From positions 1 through 58,411 of the IMG/VR virus record IMGVR_UViG_3300034072_001300: 58,411 nt of DNA. One strand, given 5' to 3'. The translations under genes were made by a program, and so were the position numbers. This document shows positions 9,585-18,653 of this stretch, in pieces. Each line of letters begins with the position of its first letter. Position 1 is the first letter of the stretch. Source of the DNA: a virus (lineage: Duplodnaviria > Caudoviricetes). A model generated the notes under the pieces. The model had not been told where the DNA came from and did no database searches. It saw nothing but the letters and a program-made list of their open reading frames with translations.

Positions 9585-10235
9585 ATGCTAAAGTTCAGAG
9601 AATGGTTAAAAGAAAAGGAATTAAATGAAATGTCACCAGTAAAAATGATGGGAAATGCACCATTTGAAAGTTTAGGAAATTTATCGAAAAGTAAAAACTC
9701 ATTAGAAGAAGACTATATTAAAATTGCGGAATTAAATGAATATGATGTTGTTTATAAGCACAAGAAATTAGAATTAATAATTGTTGTTAGAGAATTTTTT
9801 GAAGAATTACGACAAGAGATTAGATATGCTATTATAGCAGAAATGAGTTTTAAAATAGATAAAATAAAATCAACAAATAAATTAATAAACAATAAAGAAG
9901 CAGTAATTTTAAAGACTATAAATGTTAGAGAAGCAAATAGAAGACAAAATATAGCATCTAAACTATATTTACTACTTTCTGAGTATTATATTGTTATTTC
10001 AGACAGTGTTCAATATGAAGGAGCAGTAAAACTTTGGAAATCATTTATAAGAATTCCAAATATAGTTCTTTATATTTGGGATGAGCAAGAAGATAAAATT
10101 ATTTCAAAAATGACTTCTAAAACCCATGATAATGCAATTTGGAGTAATGGTGATTTAAAAGATTATTCTAAAATGAAAGTAAGATTAATTTTAATAAATG
10201 CAGATAGTAAAAATAATTCAAATAAAGATAATTAA
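9585..10235 (+). CDS. GNAT-like protein, paralog 2, with capsid-targeting-like leader
   Basis: INVREANRRQNIASKLY...SDSVQYEGAVKLW; leader MLKFREWLKEKELNE. Confidence 0.6.
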   Translation: MLKFREWLKEKELNEMSPVKMMGNAPFESLGNLSKSKNSLEEDYIKIAELNEYDVVYKHKKLELIIVVREFFEELRQEIRYAIIAEMSFKIDKIKSTNKLINNKEAVILKTINVREANRRQNIASKLYLLLSEYYIVISDSVQYEGAVKLWKSFIRIPNIVLYIWDEQEDKIISKMTSKTHDNAIWSNGDLKDYSKMKVRLILINADSKNNSNKDN

Positions 10236-10271
10236 TACTATTTAGTATATAATAAAACAAAAAGGAGATTA

Positions 10272-10853
10272 ATGTATCACACACCATATATTACAAAACA
10301 AATAGGAAGATCAACAAAATTAATTGATATTCCAACAGAAATGCTTTCACAAAGAATTATTTACTTAGGAACAGAAATAAATGATTATGTTGCAAATAGT
10401 ATTATTCAACAAATGATGTGGTTAGCAACAGTTAGTGAAGATGATATTGATTTATATATCCAAAGTCCAGGCGGTTCTGTATATGCTGGCTATAGCATAA
10501 AAGATTGTATGGATATTCTTGCTAAAAAAGGCATAAAAGTTAATACAATTGGAACTGGTTTGGTTGCAAGTATGGGTGCTTATCTATTATCGGCCGGTAC
10601 AGGTAAAAGAAAAGCAACAAAAAATTGTAGAATAATGCTTCACTCAGTATCTAGTGGTACAAGAGGAACAATCCATGATATGACTGTTGATTTTGAAGAA
10701 TCTAAATTTTTAAATGATTCTTTGATGGTTGATATTTCTAACTTCACAAAAAGTAAAAGTACAGTTGAAGATATTAGAAAAAAATGTGAAAGAGATTGTT
10801 ATATGTCTGCAGAAGAAGCAATTAAAATAGGATTAATAGATGAAAAAATTTAG
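10272..10853 (+). CDS. clpP: ClpP-like protease subunit
   Basis: RIIYLG, QSPGG, VASMG catalytic Ser, MLH, ERD. Confidence 0.92.
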   Translation: MYHTPYITKQIGRSTKLIDIPTEMLSQRIIYLGTEINDYVANSIIQQMMWLATVSEDDIDLYIQSPGGSVYAGYSIKDCMDILAKKGIKVNTIGTGLVASMGAYLLSAGTGKRKATKNCRIMLHSVSSGTRGTIHDMTVDFEESKFLNDSLMVDISNFTKSKSTVEDIRKKCERDCYMSAEEAIKIGLIDEKI

Positions 10854-11373
10854 CGAAATAATTATTGAAAACATTATTAAATTTCAAAGAGAAAATAACT
10901 CTTCAATAGTAGAAAATACATTTAGAGTTGGGACAGAATATTGGTGTAAATACTGGGAGGGTCTAAAGGAAAATAAACAAAAATATTTATCAGAATTAAA
11001 TGAGTTCGAAAAAGAAATCTTGGAAACAGATATTGGTCTTAAAGCAATATATGAAAATGAAGAAGTTCTTTTAGATTATCCTTATATAAATGAGAAATAT
11101 GAAGATGTTGAATTAAATTCACCAAAACGAGGTGGTGATAAGAAATTTTATGTTTATGTTAAAAATGATAAAGGTAATATTGTTAAAGTTCAATTTGGTG
11201 ATACTACTGGTCTAAAAGTGAAAATAAATGATAAAGAAGCAGCTAAAAGTTTTGCAGCTAGGCACCAATGCGAACTAAAAACAGATAAAACAACACCTGG
11301 CTATTGGGCTTGTAGAGTACCTAGATACGCAAAACAATTAGGATTAGAAGGCGGCGGGAATTACTGGTGGTAA
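10840..11373 (+). CDS. conserved phage protein (DUF6321-like C-terminus)
   Basis: KKFYVYVK...VQFGD...SFAARHQC...GYWACR. Confidence 0.55.
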   Translation: MKKFSEIIIENIIKFQRENNSSIVENTFRVGTEYWCKYWEGLKENKQKYLSELNEFEKEILETDIGLKAIYENEEVLLDYPYINEKYEDVELNSPKRGGDKKFYVYVKNDKGNIVKVQFGDTTGLKVKINDKEAAKSFAARHQCELKTDKTTPGYWACRVPRYAKQLGLEGGGNYWW

Positions 11374-11374
11374 T

Positions 11375-11659
11375 ATGAAATATTGTCTTACTAAAAATAA
11401 AGAAAATCCATATACGTATAAAGGACATTTAAGAATATTTTCTAAAGAATTAAATTCAAATGAACTTAAATGGCATAGAGACCGAGGTGATAGATTTATT
11501 AAAGTTATCTCTGGGGAAAATTGGTATTTGCAGTTTGATAATTGTGTACCAATTTTGCTTTTAAAGAATAAAATTTATAAAATACCTTCATCAGCTTATC
11601 ATAGATTAATAAATAATTCCAATACAGATTTAAGAATTAAAATATTAACAAAAATATAA
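11375..11659 (+). CDS. small cupin-fold protein
   Basis: WHRD...IP...YHRL metal-binding pattern. Confidence 0.55.
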   Translation: MKYCLTKNKENPYTYKGHLRIFSKELNSNELKWHRDRGDRFIKVISGENWYLQFDNCVPILLLKNKIYKIPSSAYHRLINNSNTDLRIKILTKI

Positions 11660-11662
11660 ATA
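11655..11662 (+). promoter_or_regulatory. late promoter TATAAATA
   Basis: upstream of two leader-bearing genes. Confidence 0.6.
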
Positions 11663-11681
11663 ATATAAAAAGGAAATAAAT

Positions 11682-12050
11682 ATGGGTCAATTTAGAGAAT
11701 ATTTAAACAATTTAGGTTTAGATAAAGAATTATCCGAAGCATTTAAAAATACAGCTATTCCTACAAAAATTCTTGGATTCAAAGAAGATTATATAATTAA
11801 TCAAGTTCTAAAAGATACAATTGATATTTTTGATAAGGATGGTGAATTTGTTACACTAAAACCAAAAGATTCTTTATTTAAAGAACTTGAGAAAATTATT
11901 CAAAATTCAGAAATTACAAAATACTATGATTATAAAAAAGAATTTGATCACAATAAGTACTATATTAAAAATGATTGGGATTCAGATTATGTTGTTACAA
12001 AAATTGTTGGTGATTTGCCAATAAATAAAATCAAAAAACTATTTAACTAG
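11682..12050 (+). CDS. hypothetical, putative internal head protein
   Basis: leader MGQFREYL...LSE; late promoter. Confidence 0.55.
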   Translation: MGQFREYLNNLGLDKELSEAFKNTAIPTKILGFKEDYIINQVLKDTIDIFDKDGEFVTLKPKDSLFKELEKIIQNSEITKYYDYKKEFDHNKYYIKNDWDSDYVVTKIVGDLPINKIKKLFN

Positions 12051-12060
12051 GAGAAAAATT

Positions 12061-12516
12061 ATGATTAAATTCAAAGATTGGATGGCTGAAAAAGAAGCAG
12101 CTAAAAATATTAACGAAAAAATCACAACTGGATCAGATACCGGTAACATTAATATGTTATTAACAGAAACGTTACATTTTGCAAATCAAATTCACGTTTG
12201 GCATTGGTTAGCTAAAAGCGGGCAAAAACACACCGCATTAGGAGCTTTTTACGCAGTATTAAGAGAATCTATAGATGGTATTGCAGAAACTTTAATCGCT
12301 CAAGGTATTACACCTGTTTCTAGAGGTTCTAAGACATTAGATGTTATGTATTCAGATGACGTAATAACATATCAAACAAATGAATATAGACAATTTATTA
12401 CAAATTTAATTGATGAAATTTCAGTTGATAAAACAGATATTTCAAATCTTAGAGATGCCTTAGTTGATATTCAAGAAGAAATTGATAAATTTATTTATCA
12501 ATTTGATTTAGAATAA
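12061..12516 (+). CDS. ferritin/Dps-like protein (DUF5856-like) with leader
   Basis: QIHVWHW...HTALGAFY...IDGIAE; leader MIKFKDWMAE...INE. Confidence 0.7.
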   Translation: MIKFKDWMAEKEAAKNINEKITTGSDTGNINMLLTETLHFANQIHVWHWLAKSGQKHTALGAFYAVLRESIDGIAETLIAQGITPVSRGSKTLDVMYSDDVITYQTNEYRQFITNLIDEISVDKTDISNLRDALVDIQEEIDKFIYQFDLE

Positions 12517-12578
12517 TCTAAATTTAAGAAATTAATCTTTTGTTGTATATAATTTTAAAAATACAATGAAAGGTTAAA

Positions 12579-13667
12579 ATGCAACAAGCAAATCAAACAC
12601 AAAAAATATTAAATATACAACTTTTTGCCGGTCCTTGTACTGGCAAATCTACAATATCATCTGGGTTATTTTACAATATGAAAATTCAGGGGTACAGTGT
12701 TGAGTTTATTGCAGAATATGCAAAAGGTTTAACATACTCACAAGACTACACAAAACTTAAAGATCAATTAATGGTTTTTGCAAATCAATATCACAAATTT
12801 TTCAGAACTAAAGATTCAAATATAGATTATTTAATACATGAAAGTCCTGCCCTAATGACTTTAGCATATTTTACGGAAGATGAAATAATTAAAGAAGAAT
12901 TTTTTAGCCCTTTAGTTGTTAATATGTATAATAATATGAATAATCTAAATATATTTTTAGAAAGAAATTTAGATAATGGGTACCAGCAATTTGGTAGAAA
13001 TCAAACATTGGAAGAAGCAATTGAAATAGATAATAAAATTTTAAAAATTCTAGATTATAATAATATTCAGTATATTAAAATAAAATCCGATAATAATGCT
13101 GTTGGAAAAATATTAGAAATTATAGAATCAATCAAAAATAAAGCTATAGATTTACACAATAATAATTTGGAATTTATTCATATTGGCAATTTAACAAATA
13201 AAATAACAAACACAGAATTTATAAATTATTGTAAAGAATTGGCAGTAAAATATAAATTAAATGGTAGAACATTTAAAGATGTTTTAGAACACACAATTTA
13301 TGGTGAAGCAATTGAAGATGCTGTTTGTAAAAAATTTGGATTAACAAAAATACCATTTGAAATTTCTGAATATGACGCAGAAAAAGACGGAAAGAAATAT
13401 GAAATAAAACACACTATAAGTGAATCTGATTGGTGGGTTTTTAATCCAGATGGATATCAATTCTTTTTTCAAAATGCTAAAAATTTAGATTATATAGTTC
13501 TTATATATCTAAACAAACAAACAAATGATATTTATTTGAAATATGTTGCAAATGCAAAAACATTTAAAGATTATTGCAGAAAAAGTTCATATAATGAAAA
13601 ATATATTTATGATGTTAGAAGTGCAGAAATAAATAATGAAGTAAAAAGCTACAAGATACAAAATTAA
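12579..13667 (+). CDS. NadR-type P-loop kinase fused to putative PD-(D/E)XK nuclease
   Basis: AGPCTGKST, EYAK, GRNQ in N half; GEAIE...YD...YEIK in C half. Confidence 0.6.
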   Translation: MQQANQTQKILNIQLFAGPCTGKSTISSGLFYNMKIQGYSVEFIAEYAKGLTYSQDYTKLKDQLMVFANQYHKFFRTKDSNIDYLIHESPALMTLAYFTEDEIIKEEFFSPLVVNMYNNMNNLNIFLERNLDNGYQQFGRNQTLEEAIEIDNKILKILDYNNIQYIKIKSDNNAVGKILEIIESIKNKAIDLHNNNLEFIHIGNLTNKITNTEFINYCKELAVKYKLNGRTFKDVLEHTIYGEAIEDAVCKKFGLTKIPFEISEYDAEKDGKKYEIKHTISESDWWVFNPDGYQFFFQNAKNLDYIVLIYLNKQTNDIYLKYVANAKTFKDYCRKSSYNEKYIYDVRSAEINNEVKSYKIQN

Positions 13668-13712
13668 TAGCTTTTAGAATATAATAAAGAAACTTAAAAA
13701 TAAAGGATAAAA

Positions 13713-14126
13713 ATGCAAAACAAAATAAAAGAATTTGAAGCGGTTAGACAATGGGGTGCTATTAGAGGGATTGATGGAGCTTCGGCTGATATTCAATATC
13801 AGAGGTTCTTACAGGAAGGAATCGAAATACATAAAGCAATGGTTGAAAATGATGAAGAAGAATTCATTGATGCTATTGGGGATACAATAGTAACATTAAT
13901 TAATCTTGCAAAAACTAAAGGCTATAACGCTGAGGATTGTTTAGCAAAAGCATTTGAAGTTATTGAATTAAGAAAAGGATTAAATGTAAATGGATCATTT
14001 AATAGATACGCAAAATTATCTGATGAAGATAAAAAGATTTGTGATGAAAAACAAGGTAATCCAGGAAATCAATATTTTGAAAGAAATATGCTAAATAAAT
14101 TAGAACCAAAAGATTTTTTAAAATAA
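13713..14126 (+). CDS. MazG-like nucleotide pyrophosphohydrolase
   Basis: QEGIE...DAIGDTIVTL...RKG. Confidence 0.8.
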   Translation: MQNKIKEFEAVRQWGAIRGIDGASADIQYQRFLQEGIEIHKAMVENDEEEFIDAIGDTIVTLINLAKTKGYNAEDCLAKAFEVIELRKGLNVNGSFNRYAKLSDEDKKICDEKQGNPGNQYFERNMLNKLEPKDFLK

Positions 14127-14194
14127 CTTTTATATAGCTTTAAAACAATTTTTGATATAATTATAATTATAATTATAAAATAAAAGGATTAAAT

Positions 14195-14374
14195 ATGAAA
14201 AATGTATCAGAAATTGTTAACTACTTTGATGAAATATATCATATTAAATTAATTAAGAATATTATTTTAATTGATGGTATTAAAAATGGTATTATTCAAA
14301 ATGAAAGAATAGAATATAAATTTGAAAAAGTAGCAAAAGAAGTTTATAAAAGAATTTCTTGGGTTATGAAATAA
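14195..14374 (+). CDS. hypothetical 59 aa (absent from ORF track)
   Basis: promoter plus AAGGA RBS, MKNVSEIV... Confidence 0.5.
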   Translation: MKNVSEIVNYFDEIYHIKLIKNIILIDGIKNGIIQNERIEYKFEKVAKEVYKRISWVMK

Positions 14375-14390
14375 CTACAAAGGAACAAAT

Positions 14391-14726
14391 ATGAATTGGA
14401 ATGAAGAAGAACACAAATTATCAACAGAAGAAGTAGATAGATTTTTGCATGGGCCCATCGATGAATTAATAGATAATTTTCAAGAGTCACAATGGTTAAA
14501 ATATGATGAATCTTGTATGCATGTTAAATATTCATTGTTTATTAAATTGATTTATGATTTAATACTTCATGAGGGTTGGACAACAGAAATGATTAAATCT
14601 GATTTTGAAATTCATTTAGAAAATGTCAAAAGTATACTAAATAAAAATAATAAAGAAAAATCTGAACCAATTTCAGATGAAGAATATATTCAAAAACTTG
14701 AAAATATAATTAAAGAAAACTCTTAA
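14391..14726 (+). CDS. hypothetical protein
   Basis: RBS, 111 aa. Confidence 0.6.
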   Translation: MNWNEEEHKLSTEEVDRFLHGPIDELIDNFQESQWLKYDESCMHVKYSLFIKLIYDLILHEGWTTEMIKSDFEIHLENVKSILNKNNKEKSEPISDEEYIQKLENIIKENS

Positions 14727-14736
14727 ATCTCAAATA

Positions 14737-14758
14737 AATCTAGGAATTCACCTAGATT
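14737..14758. terminator. hairpin
   Basis: aatctagg-aattca-cctagatt. Confidence 0.5.
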
Positions 14759-14818
14759 CTCCCAAAAAATTAACATCTCTTATATTATAATAATCATATC
14801 AAAATTAAAAGGATAATA

Positions 14819-15745
14819 ATGAAAATAATAAACAACAAAAGCAGTATTTTCTACGAAAAATATAAACCTCAATGCATTGAAGATTTAATATTGCCGTCAG
14901 AATTAAAAAGTAAACTGCAAACATCAGTAAATACTCAAAAATTCCCTCACATGTTACTAGCGTCTTCGGTTGGTGGCACAGGAAAATCGGTGACCGCAAA
15001 TGCAATACTTAAAGAAATAGGTGGAGAAGCACTTTGGATAAATGCATCTTTAGAAAATGGTATTGATACATTAAGAGGAAAAATTCAAAAATTTGTAAGC
15101 ACAAGTTCGTTCGATGATAATATTAAAATTGTTGTAATGGATGAAGCAGATCATATGAGTGCGAACGCCTTAGCAGCCTTCAGAGGGTTCTTAGACGAAT
15201 TTGGTGATAATTGCGTATTTATTTTTACTTGTAACTTCAAAGAAAAAATTATAGAACCTTTATTAACAAGATTACAAATTTTTGATTTTAATAATTTCAG
15301 TAAAGAAGAAATGATTAAACCAATTTTTGAAAGACTTAAATTCATTCTTGAAAATGAAAATATTAAATATGAACCAAAAGATTTAGTTCCTGTAATCAAT
15401 ACATATTATCCAAGTATTAGAAATATGATTGGGGCGCTACAAAAATTATCTCATAATGGTGAATTTAAACTTGCAGATTTAGATGATACAAATATTTATG
15501 ATAAAGTTATGCAATTTGTAACTGTTCCGACATATCTTGATATGATTACCGAAGTTAATAAACTAAATGCACCAGAAAATATGTATACTTTTTTATATAA
15601 AAATGCGTCTAAATATTTTTCACAATCTGCATATCCAAAGGTGATTGTAACTATTGCTAAATATCAACATATGTCTAGTACAGTTAGAGATAGAAACCTC
15701 AATCTGGCAGCCTGTTTAACAGAATTGGTGGGGTTAAGACAATGA
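14819..15745 (+). CDS. 44: clamp loader large subunit (gp44-like)
   Basis: EKYKP, GGTGKS, INAS, VMDEADH, FIFTCN. Confidence 0.93.
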   Translation: MKIINNKSSIFYEKYKPQCIEDLILPSELKSKLQTSVNTQKFPHMLLASSVGGTGKSVTANAILKEIGGEALWINASLENGIDTLRGKIQKFVSTSSFDDNIKIVVMDEADHMSANALAAFRGFLDEFGDNCVFIFTCNFKEKIIEPLLTRLQIFDFNNFSKEEMIKPIFERLKFILENENIKYEPKDLVPVINTYYPSIRNMIGALQKLSHNGEFKLADLDDTNIYDKVMQFVTVPTYLDMITEVNKLNAPENMYTFLYKNASKYFSQSAYPKVIVTIAKYQHMSSTVRDRNLNLAACLTELVGLRQ

Positions 15746-16104
15746 TTTCAAAAGAATTGTTAGATACTGTTCTAAGAACAAATGTTCAACAAGATGATTA
15801 TTATCTTAAAAATAATTTTTTAAGTTATTCTTATTGTAGAAGTGACAATGAATGGATATCTAAAGAAATTAACATTTATGAATTAGCCCATAAATGTAAA
15901 GAATGGGCAAAATATAAAGGATATTATATTCATAGTTCAGTAGGTGATGCTTCGTGGGGTCATTTTGAATTTACACCTACCGCTAAAATACAATCCTCTC
16001 GTGATGGATTTTTAAATATTGATTCTTTTATGGGTGAGACTGAACCTGAAGCAATATTTAAAGCTTGTGAATGGATATTAAAACAAAAGGAGAACAATGA
16101 ATAA
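15742..16104 (+). CDS. hypothetical, ELAHKCKEWA family copy 1
   Basis: shares ELAHKCKEWA and EAIFKACEWIL with 52793 and 54640. Confidence 0.7.
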   Translation: MISKELLDTVLRTNVQQDDYYLKNNFLSYSYCRSDNEWISKEINIYELAHKCKEWAKYKGYYIHSSVGDASWGHFEFTPTAKIQSSRDGFLNIDSFMGETEPEAIFKACEWILKQKENNE

Positions 16105-16651
16105 AAATGAAATAAAAGAAAAATTTAAAGAGTTCGTAAAAAGAAAACTTCAAATTACTGAAAAAACAGAAGACAAAGGAATTTATCTTGCTGCCAAATT
16201 TACACAAAGTAATGAAGATGATTTATTTATCTTCATAAAAGATAATAACATACCAAGCACATTAACTAGAGATGACTTTCATAGCACAATTATTTATAGC
16301 AGAAAATATGCTGATTTACCAATAAATGATACAGAAGATTTAGGTTATGCAGAACCAGAAAAATTTCACATTTTTGAAACACAAGAAGGAAAAAGGGCTT
16401 TGGTTATCTTATTAAAATCAGATTATCTTTTAAATAGACATAATGAGTTAATGAAAAAATATGATTTAACTTATGATTTTGAAGAATATTTACCACACGC
16501 GACATTATCATATGACATTGGAGATTTTGATATTTCGGTTCTAAATATTAAAGATTTGCCAAAACATTTTACTATAAATACAGAATACAAAGAGGATTTA
16601 GATTTAGATAAATCATATTCAGATGTATCTGATAAAGAAAAAACAAATTAA
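16097..16651 (+). CDS. acb1: anti-CBASS 2H phosphodiesterase Acb1 (T4 57B-like)
   Basis: GIYLAAKF, HSTIIYSR, PHATLSY, EYKE match T4 Acb1 as recalled. Confidence 0.88.
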   Translation: MNKNEIKEKFKEFVKRKLQITEKTEDKGIYLAAKFTQSNEDDLFIFIKDNNIPSTLTRDDFHSTIIYSRKYADLPINDTEDLGYAEPEKFHIFETQEGKRALVILLKSDYLLNRHNELMKKYDLTYDFEEYLPHATLSYDIGDFDISVLNIKDLPKHFTINTEYKEDLDLDKSYSDVSDKEKTN

Positions 16652-16660
16652 GGGGTATAA

Positions 16661-16963
16661 ATGAAAACATTAGGAAATACATGCGCAAATGGCGCAACAA
16701 AAAACGTTAAAGACATTGTATTCTGGGGAGATGGAGATACTTTTAAACTCATATCAAAAGCATCTTCTGATTCAGAAGGTTGGATGAAATCAACTAAAGC
16801 AATGCAATGTGGTAATGATGTTGTTATTCAAGTTACTACACAGCAAAGAAATCCTGATGGTTCATATTCTGTTGCAGAAGCATTAACTACAATTTCAAAT
16901 AAAATAATTGTAGAAGAAAAAGAAAATGATATTGTAGTTTCAAGAAGAATTGTAGAAAGATAG
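16661..16963 (+). CDS. conserved small phage protein (GWMKSTKAM family)
   Basis: KASS..EGWMKSTKAM...QVTTQQ...AEAL. Confidence 0.65.
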   Translation: MKTLGNTCANGATKNVKDIVFWGDGDTFKLISKASSDSEGWMKSTKAMQCGNDVVIQVTTQQRNPDGSYSVAEALTTISNKIIVEEKENDIVVSRRIVER

Positions 16964-16967
16964 TAAC

Positions 16968-17225
16968 ATGTTTCACCATTTAACAAATGAACAGTTGGAT
17001 TCAATGAATCTAACAACGGAACAAAGATATAATTATGAAAATAAACTATCTGAAGAAATTGTAAATTTGACAATCGCAAAAAATAAATTCTATAAAAATA
17101 AAAAGCAAATAGTACCAAATTCTAGATGTAGTTGTGGTAGGTTAGCTGGTTTTGGTATAGATGTAGACGGTTGTCTATTTTTACAATATTGTTGTGATGG
17201 AAATGTTCCAACTTGGAATCATTAA
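16968..17225 (+). CDS. hypothetical Cys-rich protein
   Basis: CSCG...CC. Confidence 0.5.
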   Translation: MFHHLTNEQLDSMNLTTEQRYNYENKLSEEIVNLTIAKNKFYKNKKQIVPNSRCSCGRLAGFGIDVDGCLFLQYCCDGNVPTWNH

Positions 17226-17247
17226 AAAATTAAAATAAAGGATAAAA

Positions 17248-18417
17248 ATGAATATTAATGGGCAGCTTGCTTTAGAGAATTATTTTTCTATAGAAGAAAT
17301 AATTGAATTACAAAATAATAAGGAACACGGGTTTAACTATATAAGAATAGAAAATTATATGAAAACAAATAATTTTCATTTTATGATTGATGAAATTTTA
17401 ACTAAATATAAACTAGATGTTTTTGATTATAGTAAAAGTGCTTATAACACAGAGAAAAAATACTTTTCAGATTCTGTTATTATAACAACCGCAGGAAATT
17501 CTAGAGATTCAGCATTTAATTTATATTGTAAATCGGAATATGATTTAAATGAAATTTTTAGTATTTATTTAAAACATTCAAAGGATGAAGGTGAATCAGA
17601 AGTTAAAGGATTTTTCGAAAGTATTTTCTTAAAAGGAAATGGTTTAGATAAAACAACAAAAATTCTAAAATCATCTGATTTAAAAGATATTTCAGAATTA
17701 TATTACCCATTTTTAGACACTAAAGCACTTTTTGATCAATTTTGCACGGGAAATGAAAATATTTTAGTACTTCTTGGTGCACCGGGATTAGGAAAAACAA
17801 AATTAACAAATTGTTTATTTAAGTACTTAATGTCTAATCCAGAAATGATTCCTTATGATAAATTAGAAGCTATTCCAGAACTAGAAGAACAATTCTTTAA
17901 TATTTGTTATGTTAAAAGTAATGATATTTTAACTATGGATGAATTTTGGAGAAATTTACAAAAAGATTTACCTGATTTTGTTGTTCTAGATGATTTGGAT
18001 TATATGCTTACAAAGAGAGATTCAGAAGTTCTAACATCAGAAGATGCAAAGAAAAATGCATTTTTAAATCAATTGTTATCATTTACAGATGGTGTTTCAA
18101 AAAATAAAACAAAGTTTATTATAACAACAAATCAACATTTTGATGACGTTGATGCAGCAATTCTTAGAAAAGGTAGATTATTTGATATTCTTGAATTTAG
18201 AGAATTAAATAATTCTGAAGCTTTAAATATTTGGCTAAATGAAGAATTACCTGAAGCAGAATTTCATAAATTATTCTCTGATAAAGTTTCACAAGCTGAT
18301 TTAGGTTCTGAAATTGCTAAAAGAAAAAATAAAAGAATCGAAAATACAACTTCTTCATATTTAAAAGAACCGGGTATTTCAAAAATTCAAAGAAAACCAA
18401 AAAGGATGAAATTATGA
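17248..18417 (+). CDS. AAA+ ATPase
   Basis: GAPGLGKT, VVLDDLD, ITTN, AILRKGRLFD. Confidence 0.85.
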   Translation: MNINGQLALENYFSIEEIIELQNNKEHGFNYIRIENYMKTNNFHFMIDEILTKYKLDVFDYSKSAYNTEKKYFSDSVIITTAGNSRDSAFNLYCKSEYDLNEIFSIYLKHSKDEGESEVKGFFESIFLKGNGLDKTTKILKSSDLKDISELYYPFLDTKALFDQFCTGNENILVLLGAPGLGKTKLTNCLFKYLMSNPEMIPYDKLEAIPELEEQFFNICYVKSNDILTMDEFWRNLQKDLPDFVVLDDLDYMLTKRDSEVLTSEDAKKNAFLNQLLSFTDGVSKNKTKFIITTNQHFDDVDAAILRKGRLFDILEFRELNNSEALNIWLNEELPEAEFHKLFSDKVSQADLGSEIAKRKNKRIENTTSSYLKEPGISKIQRKPKRMKL

Positions 18418-18599
18418 AAGATAACACTTTTTGGATTTTATTTTGGTTATTAGTAGCATCTTTCATTCTTGTAGATAATTATATTGATTATTTGCAAGAA
18501 AAAGAAATGAATGAATTTAAAATAAAATCAGCTGAAATAGAAAATTCAAAAATTAATGAATTATATAAAATGATTGAAGAATTAAAACAAACTAATTAA
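18414..18599 (+). CDS. small membrane protein
   Basis: N-terminal TM helix. Confidence 0.55.
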   Translation: MKDNTFWILFWLLVASFILVDNYIDYLQEKEMNEFKIKSAEIENSKINELYKMIEELKQTN

Positions 18600-18653
18600 T
18601 AGAAATTTTGTTATAATCTATCTATAAATACTTATATAATTTAAAGGAGAAAA

